A DNA stretch of 64,000 bases from an uncultured delta proteobacterium (GTDB lineage Bacteria; Myxococcota_A; Polyangia; Polyangiales; Polyangiaceae). Where the stretch lies: contig CAWDXG010000004.1 of the NCBI GenBank assembly GCA_963806225.1, positions 5,376,001 through 5,440,000 on the forward strand. Direction: 5' to 3'. Shown in pieces: positions 1 to 8,852 of the stretch (within the stretch, counting starts at the first letter, position 1; every line of letters begins with the position of its first letter). The notes under the pieces are model-generated. The model saw nothing but the letters and a program-made list of their open reading frames with translations, ran no database searches and was not told the origin of the DNA. Both the position numbers and the translations under genes were made by a program.

Positions 1-1
1 G

Positions 2-244
2 GGAGCAGCACCTGCTCGCGCCGGAGCCCAACACGCCCACCGCTTCTCGATGGCCCAGGCGAGGAAGACTGCGCTGGCACGGGTGCCAGGCGAGGTGAAG
101 GCCGAGGAGCTCGAGCACGAAAGCGGCCGCTGGATCTACTCGTTCGAGATCCGGCCGAAGGGCGAAAAGCGCAAGATCATTCGCGAGGTGAACGTCGACG
201 CCGATACCGGCCGCATCGTCGACGTGTCCACGGAACCGGACTGA
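2..244 (+). CDS. PepSY-domain protein (5' end probably outside the window)
   Basis: ARKTALARVPGEVKAEELEHESGRWIYSFEI...EVNVDADTGRIV is a typical PepSY pattern; the frame is open back to base 2. Confidence 0.8.
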   Translation, partial: GAAPARAGAQHAHRFSMAQARKTALARVPGEVKAEELEHESGRWIYSFEIRPKGEKRKIIREVNVDADTGRIVDVSTEPD

Positions 245-271
245 TCCGGTCGGCCGTGAAGCGCACGATGC

Positions 272-1207
272 TCATCTGCGGGCCTGGCACCCGCAACCCT
301 GCACCACGGTGTGCCGCGCCTGGCCCTGCTGGGCGGCAGCTGTGCGGCCAGGCGTCTCCTTGTCTGCGAGGGAGAGCACATAGGCCGTGAGGTCCCACAG
401 CTCATCGGGCGGGGTCCCGGGATGGGCTGGCATCGGCGTGCCCTCGAGACCCGTGAGCAGCGTGCGGTAGACCATGTCCGGATCGTTGCCGGTCCTGAGC
501 GGCTCGCTCCGGAAATTTCGGGGCGGGTGCCCGGAGAGGCGCAGCGACGCGGCAGCGGGGCCATCGCCGCCTCCGTCGTTGCCGTGGCACGATCCACAGC
601 CGAGGCGCGCGAAGCTCGCTTGCCCGCGCGCGATCCGCGCGGAAGAACCGAGGTTGGAAGGAACAGGCGGGCGCGCCAGCGGTTTCGCTGGAGGAGCCGC
701 GAACACCGGCGACAGGGAGCGGACGTACTCGACCAGCGCCCAGCGATCCTTTTCCGGCAGATCCGCGAAAGCGGCCATGCCCGTTCCACGCAGTCCGTTC
801 GAGATGGTCCGGAACAGATCGGCCCGGGTCGGCGGATCTCCCGCCGGGGTCGATCGATACTTGAAGATGCCGCTCCTCAGGTTGCGGGGCGCCGGATGGA
901 ACACCGGCGCGCGCGGGCCGTCGCCACGCCCCTCCGCGCCGTGACACTGTACGCAGTACAGTCCGAACAGCGACCTACCGCGCACCACGAGCTGCCGTTC
1001 TGGAAGGCGAGGCTCCCCGGTCTTCGCTCTCCAGCCGATGCGCGAGCCGGCGAGCCAGGACTCCAGCATTGGCCAGCGCGTGAGTCGCTGTGGCGGTGTC
1101 TCGGGGGCCACCGCGACCCCACCGGGACGCGCAGCACCGGGATCGACGATTCCGAGGGCGGCGAGCGCCGCGACAGCACCGAGCCCGAAGAGCAGCTTCA
1201 ACTTCAT
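272..1207 (-). CDS. Exported diheme c-type cytochrome
   Basis: Signal peptide MKLKLLFGLG; two CxxCH motifs (CVQCH, CGSCH), each followed by G.G.GDGP...PRN and a distal Met (GTGM, GTPM). Confidence 0.85.
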   Translation of the reverse strand: MKLKLLFGLGAVAALAALGIVDPGAARPGGVAVAPETPPQRLTRWPMLESWLAGSRIGWRAKTGEPRLPERQLVVRGRSLFGLYCVQCHGAEGRGDGPRAPVFHPAPRNLRSGIFKYRSTPAGDPPTRADLFRTISNGLRGTGMAAFADLPEKDRWALVEYVRSLSPVFAAPPAKPLARPPVPSNLGSSARIARGQASFARLGCGSCHGNDGGGDGPAAASLRLSGHPPRNFRSEPLRTGNDPDMVYRTLLTGLEGTPMPAHPGTPPDELWDLTAYVLSLADKETPGRTAAAQQGQARHTVVQGCGCQARR

Positions 1208-1318
1208 GGGTCTTCCGCCAGCAAGTGTCGTGCCGCCCTCTGGCCAACGGGAAATCCGCAACCCGAGGCCGGGAAGTGCAGACTATTGTCGAGCGGGCGA
1301 TCGGATTCGCGCTCCGCG

Positions 1319-2398
1319 TCATGTGCCGGCCGGCTTCATGATGCGCAGTACCGGCTTGCCTGCCGGCCCTTTCTCGAGCGGGAAGAACACATGGTGGGTC
1401 GCCGGATCGACCGCCACGGAGTGACTGGCGTCGCCGGGATGCTCGCTGTCGATGCCCACGAGCCCGGGCTTCTTGATGTCGAAGACCCTCAGGTCACCGC
1501 TCTCCGCCGCGACATAGAGCCAGCCGAGCCCGGGATCGATCGCCAGCACGTCCGGGTCGGCGCCGGACGGCGCGATGTCGACGGCGTGCGACGTACCGAC
1601 AAGAGCGACGCGCACGACCTTCGAGTTCGATTCGCAGGCGACGAACGCGCTACCGCCGTCCGGGTGGATGCAGAGGCCGTGTGCGCCGGAGCAACCGGGC
1701 AGCGGGATGCTCCCCTTCACCTTTGCCGTGAGCGGATCGATCGACACGAGCTGGTTGGGCGGGGATGCCTTCACGACCGTGACCCAGAACACGCCGCGCT
1801 TCGCATCGAAGACAACGTTGCCGGTCTCGGTCCCGAGCGATACCTGCCGGCGGGCACCGCTGCCGGACTTGGCGATGAGCGAGACGGCGCCGTCGCCCTG
1901 ATCGGAGACAGCGACGACCCTGTCCTTCGCATCCCAGCCGTCGCCGTCGGGGGCCGAGCCGGTGGTGACGTGCGCGATCACCTTGAACGAGGTGGCGTCG
2001 AGGATGACGAGCTTGTCCGGAGAGCTCGTGACGAAGATCCGACCGACCTCGTCGGCGACCACGACGCCGCGCGGGGTGGGGATCCCGGGAACGACCTTCA
2101 CGAGCGAGCCGTCGCGCGCCTTGACCACCACGACCGAGGCGCCGTTCATGTGCGCGATGATCAGGTTGCCCCTCGCGGCGTCGAGCGCCTGGTAGTCGAA
2201 CCGGACCGGCTTGCCCGGCAGCGGCACATCCGCCACCCGGACCAGGGGAAGCCACGGCGCGCGGGTGGTCGAGGCGTCGCTCACCGGACTGCTTCCCCGC
2301 GAGCCGCTGTCGTGCGGAGCCGCGCTGCGCGCGTGGGGATGAGAGGTCGGCGTGCACCCGCCCAGGAGCAAGGCAAGCAGCAGTATCCGGCATCTCAT
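1319..2398 (-). CDS. YncE-family beta-propeller lipoprotein
   Basis: Lipobox LLGGC; RFDYQALD, PRGV, PDG, GAHGL, PDVLAID, HSVAVDP repeats; start taken at MRCRILLL. Confidence 0.75.
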   Translation of the reverse strand: MRCRILLLALLLGGCTPTSHPHARSAAPHDSGSRGSSPVSDASTTRAPWLPLVRVADVPLPGKPVRFDYQALDAARGNLIIAHMNGASVVVVKARDGSLVKVVPGIPTPRGVVVADEVGRIFVTSSPDKLVILDATSFKVIAHVTTGSAPDGDGWDAKDRVVAVSDQGDGAVSLIAKSGSGARRQVSLGTETGNVVFDAKRGVFWVTVVKASPPNQLVSIDPLTAKVKGSIPLPGCSGAHGLCIHPDGGSAFVACESNSKVVRVALVGTSHAVDIAPSGADPDVLAIDPGLGWLYVAAESGDLRVFDIKKPGLVGIDSEHPGDASHSVAVDPATHHVFFPLEKGPAGKPVLRIMKPAGT

Positions 2399-2426
2399 GG
2401 CGGCTCTCTCCAGGAAGCATAGCCCG

Positions 2427-2560
2427 GTGAGCCAGGCGGACGAGCGGCAGCACATGCTCGACGCGAAAATCGTCCGGAATCGGGCGGAGCTCGCCAGGCG
2501 AGCCGGCGTGTCCGCGATGTGGGTGACGCACGTGCTGGCGCTCTCCGATGAAGCCCCGCT
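2427..2560 (+). pseudogene. Remnant of a small HTH protein of the type found beside recombinases in integrative elements
   Basis: MLDAKIVRNRAELARRAGVSAMWVTHVLAL resembles the xxAELARxxGVSRARVTQ(V/I)L motif; no proper stop codon of its own. Confidence 0.45.
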
Positions 2561-2570
2561 GCGACGCCGT

Positions 2571-3570
2571 CTACGGCGGTATCGGCACGGTCTGGCATTG
2601 CCAGCTCAGTCCGGGGTCGTCGAGGTTGGTGACGACGACACGTGGCTCGCCCTTCGCCTTGTCGAGCCAGGTGTGGACGAGCTGGGAGCCGTAGGCGGCC
2701 TTGTAGCTCATGGGCGCGCTGGCCAGCTCGCACTTCTTCCCGGTGGACAGATCGAAACGCACCAGCGTGGTCGCCAGATAGTACAGGTCCTGCGCCTGGC
2801 TCGGGTTCTGGTTCGGGCCGTCGGGGGGCTGGTTCCAGTAGACATACTGGCCGTCGACCGCCGGGTAGATCTTGCCGTGAGGCGTTGCCGGCGAATCGTA
2901 GGTGATGCGGCGCGTCTTGTGCGCCGCCAGATCACGCAGGTACACCTCGCCGCCGCTGCGCTGGAACAAGTCGGTCGAGCTCTGGCCCGGCGGATCGCGG
3001 TAGTCGATCCAAACGAACTGGGTCCGGTCCGGCGAGCAGAAGCCTTCCAGCTGCAGGGCGCCGCCGTAGTCCAGGTAGCCCGCCTTGCCAGTGTCGAGAT
3101 CGACGTCGTAGATGACACCCGAGTCCGCGTCCGCACACACCAGCTCGTGTTCTGTGGCGCAGATGTCGTGACAGACGAAGCTGCCGGGCATGAGCAGCTT
3201 GATCTGGCCGGTTTCGAGATCGCGGCTCATCAGCCCCTCGCCGTCCATGGCCCAGAAGACGTAGCGGGAGTCCAGTGCCGTACGGGTAACGTTGTTCTTG
3301 CCGGCGTCGGCGGACGTGTACTTGTAGGCAATCTTCCTTTCGCCGGTGATCAGATCCATGACCTCGACCTGGCCGTTGCCGGGGCCGAAGTTGTGGAGGA
3401 ACGCCACCTTCTGACCTGTGACGTACAGTTCCAACTGTGTGTCGTTCGACGTGGGGTTGGGGCCTATCACCGTCGTTTCGGTCGAGTCGACGAGACTCAT
3501 CAGCGGACCGATCTGCACCCCTTCGTTGACCATGTGGGACGTGTCGTAGGAAAACGCGTAGTAGTAGGCG
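2571..3570 (-). pseudogene. 5'-truncated TolB-like beta-propeller protein
   Basis: Coding-like frame (FVWIDYRD, GGEVYLRDL, YPAVDGQYVYW) continues upstream of ATG 3533 as GAYYYAFSYDTSH to ~3570, then runs into the opposite-strand gene; no signal peptide. Confidence 0.55.
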
Positions 3571-4079
3571 CCGACGGCAGCGTCATGAAGCTTTCCGGCA
3601 CCAAGCTGACGACGCTCGTGTCGGGACAGAGCGCACCCGACGGGATCGCGGTGGACGCGAAGTATGTCTACTGGGTGAACGAAGGCGACGGGACGGTGAA
3701 GAAGGTTCCGCGCGACGGCGGCGCACCGGTCACGCTTGCAACGGGACAGGCTGGACCCCGAGGAGTCGCCGTCGATGCGACCAGCGTGTACCGGCTCGAT
3801 TCGGGGGCCACTTTCAACCAGGGCACGGTCATGAAGGTCGCGCTTGCCGGCGGCTCACCGGTGACCCTCGCGTCGGGGCAGACCCACGTATCGGGCATCA
3901 CCGTGGACGCAGGGAGCGTCTACTGGGCGAGCTCGGTCACGCTGAAGAAAGTCGCCACCGCGGGTGGCGAACCCGCGGTGCTGGCGACGGGCCAGGACGA
4001 AATCTATGACATCGCGGTCGACGCAACCAGCGCCTACTGGACGACCCCCTCCGCCGTCATGAAGCTCACGCCGAAGTGA
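3568..4079 (+). pseudogene. 5'-truncated repeat beta-propeller (DUF5050-like; LASGQ..P.GIAVDA.xVYW repeats)
   Basis: Four copies of the repeat T/VLxxGQ..(P)xGIAVDAxxVYW; begins mid-repeat (GADGSVMK) with no N-terminal signal. Confidence 0.6.
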
Positions 4080-4142
4080 GTTCACGCAACGCGCGCAGCG
4101 CTGCGAGGGGCGGAGTGATCGCGAATCCAGTATCTTTTTCGG

Positions 4143-4216
4143 TACGCCCGGCAGGATTCGAACCTGCGACCGGCGGCTTAGAAGGCCGCTGCTCTATCCA
4201 GCTGAGCTACGGGCGC
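4143..4216 (-). tRNA. tRNA-Arg (anticodon UCU)
   Basis: Reverse complement GCGCCCGTAGCTCAGCTGGATAGAGCAGCGGCCTTCTAAGCCGCCGGTCGCAGGTTCGAATCCTGCCGGGCGTA; loop CTTCTAA; CCA not encoded (followed by CCG). Confidence 0.95.
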
Positions 4217-4371
4217 ATGCCGTCCGCGCTGGGCGGGCGGGCCCGCCGAGCCTAGCCCAGGCGGGCTCCAATGGCAGCCAGCGAGGTTCGGTTGCGGGCC
4301 CATGACGGAGCGCAGGGCGTGGGTTCCGCCAGGCTCGCATGGTCCGGGGTGCGGGAGTAAGCTCGGCCGCC

Positions 4372-4914
4372 ATGAGGGGTCTCTACCTGAGCCTGATCGG
4401 TTGTGCGGCGGCCCTGGCCGTCGCCTGCGGTGGGAGCGAGCCTCCCGCGCAATCACCGGAGCCTCCCGCTCCGGCTCCCGAGCCGCCCGCGGCAAGTGCG
4501 CCCGCAGCGTCGGCTACACCCAGCGAGGCAGCTACGGACGACAACGGCGACGACAGCTCGTCGTCCGACGACGGCGACAAGCCCAAGAAGACGGACGAGA
4601 CCGTGGAGCCGAAGTTCACCGAGGGCATGACGGTGGATCAGGCGATCGCCGCGGTGCCGCAGGGGCTACCGCGCGAGAACGTCGACCAGGACGAGCTGTC
4701 CAAGCCGCTCACCGACTTCAAGGTCTACAAGCCCTGCAAGCCGCGGCCGAGCGATCACTTCAAGCTCAAGGTCGCCGTCTGGGACGGCAAGGCCGTCGGC
4801 GTCGACGTCATCACCAAGAACAAGAAGCTCGCCACCTGCATCGACAAGCAGATCCGCGACCTGACCTGGAAGGATCCGGTCAAGTCGCTGAACACGATCG
4901 AGTACGCGTTCTAG
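4372..4914 (+). CDS. Hypothetical lipoprotein with Pro/Ala/Asp-rich linker and small C-terminal domain
   Basis: Lipobox LAVAC; typical codon usage; C-terminal domain with a Cys pair. Confidence 0.75.
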   Translation: MRGLYLSLIGCAAALAVACGGSEPPAQSPEPPAPAPEPPAASAPAASATPSEAATDDNGDDSSSSDDGDKPKKTDETVEPKFTEGMTVDQAIAAVPQGLPRENVDQDELSKPLTDFKVYKPCKPRPSDHFKLKVAVWDGKAVGVDVITKNKKLATCIDKQIRDLTWKDPVKSLNTIEYAF

Positions 4915-4938
4915 CTCGCGTGTCCCGGGGCCCGCGGC

Positions 4939-5718
4939 TCAGCTGGCCGCGGGCTCGGCGGGGTCGAACGCCTGCCCCTGCGTCTGGGCGACTCGCACCT
5001 GCTCGGAGGTGCGCCCGAAGCGCCGCTCTTTCTGCGAGTACACCTCGACGGCGTCGAGCAGCGTCTGCGGCGTGAAATCCGGCCACATGATCGGCAGGAA
5101 CGACAGCTCCGCGTAGGCCGCCTCGAACAGCAGAAAGTCGCTGAGCCGGCTCTCGCCTCCGGTCCGGATCAGCAGATCAACGTCCGGCAGGGTGTGTGTG
5201 GTCATCTCGCGGTGGAAGAAGCTCTCGTCGATCTCCTCCGGCAGCACCAACCCGGCGCGTGCGCGCACCGCCAGCGCCCTCGCCGCTTCCACGATGTCCT
5301 GTCGTCCGCCGTAGGACAGAGCGAGCGTGAGCGTCATGCGGTCGCCGTCGGCGGTGTACGCCATGAGATCCTCCACCGCATGTCGCGTCGCCGTCGGCAG
5401 CTCCTCCAGCTGGCCGATGACGTTGACGCGGATGCCGTTCTGGCGGAGCTCGGCGCGTTCCTGCTTCGCGAAATCCACGAGCAGACGCATCAGCGCTTCC
5501 ACCTCGCCGCGCGGGCGTGCCCAGTTGGCGACGCTGAAGGCGTAGAGCGTGAGATACTCGATGCCGACGCGCGCAGCGGTCTCCACCGCGTCGCGCACGG
5601 CGCGCGCGCCCTCGGCGTGCCCTTCGGCGCGCTCCAGTCCGCGGGCTTTCGCCCAGCGGCCGTTGCCGTCCATGATGATCGCGATGTGACGGGGGAGGCG
5701 GGTCGTTCCGTTGTCCAC
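4939..5718 (-). CDS. uppS: Undecaprenyl diphosphate synthase (cis-prenyltransferase)
   Basis: HIAIIMDGNGRWA, LYAFS..NW.R, SYGGR, DLLIRTGGE.RLSDFLL motifs. Confidence 0.95.
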   Translation of the reverse strand: MDNGTTRLPRHIAIIMDGNGRWAKARGLERAEGHAEGARAVRDAVETAARVGIEYLTLYAFSVANWARPRGEVEALMRLLVDFAKQERAELRQNGIRVNVIGQLEELPTATRHAVEDLMAYTADGDRMTLTLALSYGGRQDIVEAARALAVRARAGLVLPEEIDESFFHREMTTHTLPDVDLLIRTGGESRLSDFLLFEAAYAELSFLPIMWPDFTPQTLLDAVEVYSQKERRFGRTSEQVRVAQTQGQAFDPAEPAAS

Positions 5719-5879
5719 TGGTTCTTTCCTTCAAGGGTCGAAGCTGGCTGCAAGGGAGCCTGGCAGATGGAACGCTGCCTCTCGCGCAGGGTGTGTGGAG
5801 GTTCCAAGGAAAACGCACTCCCGGGCGCTGCTCATGCGCGCAGCGTCTCCGGCAGGTTTGCGACGGTAAGCAATTGTAA

Positions 5880-7370
5880 TTATTGATGCTTCGTGTCCGT
5901 GGCAGGGGCAGACGAGCCGGCCGGCTCCCCACGCGGATCGTCCGGGTTCGCTTCTCCGGCCGCCTCGCGCTCGCTGGCCCAGCGGCGCGCCGGAGGCAGC
6001 GTGACGCGGAACACGACCTCGGGCGGCCCGGCCGTCGCGAGGTCGGCCTGCCCGCCGTGCGCCTCCACCACCGCGCGCACGATCGCGAGCCCTAGACCGG
6101 AGCCGCCCTTGTCGGCGCGCGTCGTCACGAAGCGGCGGAACAGACGCTTCTTGACGTGCTTGGCTACGCTGCCGCCGCTCGTGACCTCGAGCACGACGTG
6201 GATGGCGTCGCGACGCACCCGCGCCGTGACAGCCGCGCCGGGCTCGGAGTGCACGAGCGCGTTGTCGAGCAGGTTGGCGATGGCGCGCCCCAACCAGTCG
6301 GAATCGCCGCGCACGCGCGTGTCCCCCTCCGTGTTCACGCTCACGCGCTCGCCGCCCGACGGCAGCGCGTCGACGGTGGTGGCGACCAGCTTGCCGAGGT
6401 CGACGGGCTGGAACGACTCGACACCGCGCGCTTCGATGCGCGCCAGGCTGAGCAGATCGCCGAGCAGCCGCTCGATGCGCTCGGTGGACTCGCGGATGCG
6501 CGCGATGAAGCGGCGCGCCTCCTCCGGTTCCTCCAGCGCTCCTTCGTCGAGCAGTTCTGCGCTCGCACGGATGGCCGCCACGGGGTTCTTGAGCTCGTGC
6601 GACAGATCAGCCGCGAAGGTCTCCACGAAGGGGCGCCCTTCCAGCTGGCGGCGCATGGAGTCGATGGATCGGGTCAGGCGTGTCACTTCCCTGCCGAACG
6701 CTACCGGAGGGGCGGCGCCGCTTTCGCCCGCGCTGAGGCGTTCGCTGAATGCCGTGAGCGCTTCGATCGGCATGGCAATGGCGCGCCCAATCCAGGCCGC
6801 AGCCAGTGCAGCGACCGCGCCCAGTACCAGGCTGATGACGAGCACGGTCGGTGCGAAATCCGCGAGCAGGCGCCGCATCACCACTGTCGGCTTGACCACG
6901 CGCACCGAGCCGACGTCCCTGCCGTGCACCTTGATGGGCGCGTCCACGTAGACGGTACCGGGCTCGCCGCGCGCGCTGGGCTGTCCGAGCGGGAACAGCA
7001 CCTTGCCCTCGCGGTCCAGCACTTCCAGGCGCAGGTCCGCGCCGCGGGCGCGTTCTTCCTGCAGCTTTCCAGCGATTTCATGCACCGTCATGCCGGTGCG
7101 GTCCATCTCGCCTTCGATCATTCCCGCGATCGAGGCGGCCTCGTCGCGTGCGGCCTGCGAGGCGAGCCTCACGGCGCGCGCTTCGATGCGGTCGATGACC
7201 ATCAGGCCCAGTCCGAAGGCGAAGGCGCCCACGATCACCGCCAGCGCGAGGAACACCTGCATGCGGATCGACATGCCCCGCGTGCGCGTGTTCAAGAGCC
7301 GCGAAACGATGAACGCGACGAACAGGATCAGGCCGATGGAAGCGGCCGCGACGACGATGAGCCGGATCAC
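5880..7370 (-). CDS. creC: CreC-like sensor histidine kinase
   Basis: TM segments, HAMP, MRRQLEG...SHELKNP H-box, NLLDNA, GSGLGLAIV; GTG start overlaps the response-regulator stop (GTGA). Confidence 0.8.
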   Translation of the reverse strand: MIRLIVVAAASIGLILFVAFIVSRLLNTRTRGMSIRMQVFLALAVIVGAFAFGLGLMVIDRIEARAVRLASQAARDEAASIAGMIEGEMDRTGMTVHEIAGKLQEERARGADLRLEVLDREGKVLFPLGQPSARGEPGTVYVDAPIKVHGRDVGSVRVVKPTVVMRRLLADFAPTVLVISLVLGAVAALAAAWIGRAIAMPIEALTAFSERLSAGESGAAPPVAFGREVTRLTRSIDSMRRQLEGRPFVETFAADLSHELKNPVAAIRASAELLDEGALEEPEEARRFIARIRESTERIERLLGDLLSLARIEARGVESFQPVDLGKLVATTVDALPSGGERVSVNTEGDTRVRGDSDWLGRAIANLLDNALVHSEPGAAVTARVRRDAIHVVLEVTSGGSVAKHVKKRLFRRFVTTRADKGGSGLGLAIVRAVVEAHGGQADLATAGPPEVVFRVTLPPARRWASEREAAGEANPDDPRGEPAGSSAPATDTKHQ

Positions 7371-8071
7371 GGGCCGTTCGCCGCAGACGGCGCGTCGGTG
7401 ACGCGATAGCCGACGCCGCGTACCGTCTCGATGAGCCCGGGGTCGCCGCCCGCCTCGGCGACCTTGCGTCGCAACGACTTGACGTGCGAGTCCACCGTAC
7501 GATCGCTGATCGCGAAACCGTCGCCCCACACGCGGTCGATGAGCTGCGCTCGCGTGTACACCCGGCCAGGGCTCTCCAGCATGCTCGCCAGGAGGTCGAA
7601 CTCGACGCGCGTGAGCTCGAGTGGGTGCCCGGAGACCTGCGCGCGGCGGGTGGGTTCATCCACCGAGAGCGCGGGAGGCGACGGCTGGGTGCCCGCCGGA
7701 TGCTCGGCATCGCCAGTGCGGCGCAGGACCGCGCGCACGCGTGCGACGACCTCGCGCGGCGAGAACGGTTTGGTCACGTAGTCGTCCGCGCCGGTCTCGA
7801 GCGCTGCGACGCGATCGGCTTCACTGTCGCGGCTCGAGAGCACGATGATGGGCGTCGATTCGCCGGCGGCCCGCAGGCGACTGATGAGATCGAAGCCGCT
7901 TCCGTCGGGCAGCATCAGATCCAGCACGACCAGCTCGCTCTCCGGCAGCCGCTCTTCCGCTTCGGCGCAGGAAGCCGCGGTCATGGCCGAGAAGCCGTCC
8001 CGGCGCAGCGCGTAGGCCACGCTCTCGGCGATCGCCGGTTCGTCCTCCACCACAAGGATCCGCTGCGCCAT
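7367..8071 (-). CDS. creB: OmpR-family response regulator, CreB-like
   Basis: ILVVEDEPAIA, LDLMLPDGSG, GADDYVTKPFSPRE, DRTVDSHVK, ETVRGVGY. Confidence 0.8.
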   Translation of the reverse strand: MAQRILVVEDEPAIAESVAYALRRDGFSAMTAASCAEAEERLPESELVVLDLMLPDGSGFDLISRLRAAGESTPIIVLSSRDSEADRVAALETGADDYVTKPFSPREVVARVRAVLRRTGDAEHPAGTQPSPPALSVDEPTRRAQVSGHPLELTRVEFDLLASMLESPGRVYTRAQLIDRVWGDGFAISDRTVDSHVKSLRRKVAEAGGDPGLIETVRGVGYRVTDAPSAANGP

Positions 8072-8097
8072 CCGTCGCCCGAGGCTAGCACCAAACG

Positions 8098-8703
8098 TCA
8101 GCGATCGCCGAGCAGCGCCCGGACCAGCGAAGGCACCGCAGCCGGCAACCGCTCGATCTGCCCGACTACCGGCTGCATGCCTGCGAAGTGCACGACGAGG
8201 CCGCCCGGGCGCACCTCGACGTGACCGGAGAAGCCCCAGCTCGCGAGCAGCTGCCGCGCGACCAGCGGCAGGGCCGCATCGGCCTCGGATGCCGAAGCCG
8301 CGAACGTTGCCATCGCGCGATCCCATACGGGGTCGCCGAGCTCGACGCGCGGCGGAGGCGCGCTCTCGAGAAACGTGACGCGCGTGTTGAAATGCTCCCC
8401 GCCACGCGCCGCCGCCCGGCGCCGGAACCCCGGGTGCGTCACGAAGGTGATCAGCGTGCGGTCGAGCGGCTCGCTGTCGAGCGGCGCCAGCCACGGCTCG
8501 GCAACCGTGACGCTGCCCGGCCCGAGCGCCCAGGAGACGCTGTTGAACCAGGCCTCGGGGCTGACCATCGTATCGTACGGTTCCCAGCCGCGGAACCAGC
8601 GCTGATCGGGCCAGCCTTCGTACGCGAAGCGGTGCTGTCGCGCCCAGGCGGCGATCTGTTCGGAGCCGGGGGGAAGAACCGGTGCTTCGGCCGTACGACC
8701 CAT
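8098..8703 (-). CDS. Hypothetical protein
   Basis: 201-aa ORF with normal composition, co-oriented with the two-component pair; GAAGGA upstream of ATG. Confidence 0.7.
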   Translation of the reverse strand: MGRTAEAPVLPPGSEQIAAWARQHRFAYEGWPDQRWFRGWEPYDTMVSPEAWFNSVSWALGPGSVTVAEPWLAPLDSEPLDRTLITFVTHPGFRRRAAARGGEHFNTRVTFLESAPPPRVELGDPVWDRAMATFAASASEADAALPLVARQLLASWGFSGHVEVRPGGLVVHFAGMQPVVGQIERLPAAVPSLVRALLGDR

Positions 8704-8852
8704 GTTTCCTTCGTGCCTTCCTTCCGCCAGCGATCGATAGCATGACCCGGAGCCGGGTCGCCTTGACGCCTGCGAGCCGGCGCGGCTACCACATCGCCGT
8801 GGCGACGTGCCGGCTGCCATCCAGCCGGGCTGGGTTTCGATCACGACGAGGG

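Noticed and set aside
311..2422. Long antisense or alternative-frame ORFs (e.g. 311-2422, 18247-20028, 23575-25506, 40421-42562, 50640-52958, 59930-61999)
   Set aside because: They are Arg/Ala/Gly-rich shadows of real genes, expected at this GC content, with no recognisable motifs.
2352..4079. 575-aa plus-strand ORF as a single gene
   Set aside because: It is a chance read-through joining an HTH remnant, the antisense of the 2571-3570 gene and a propeller fragment.
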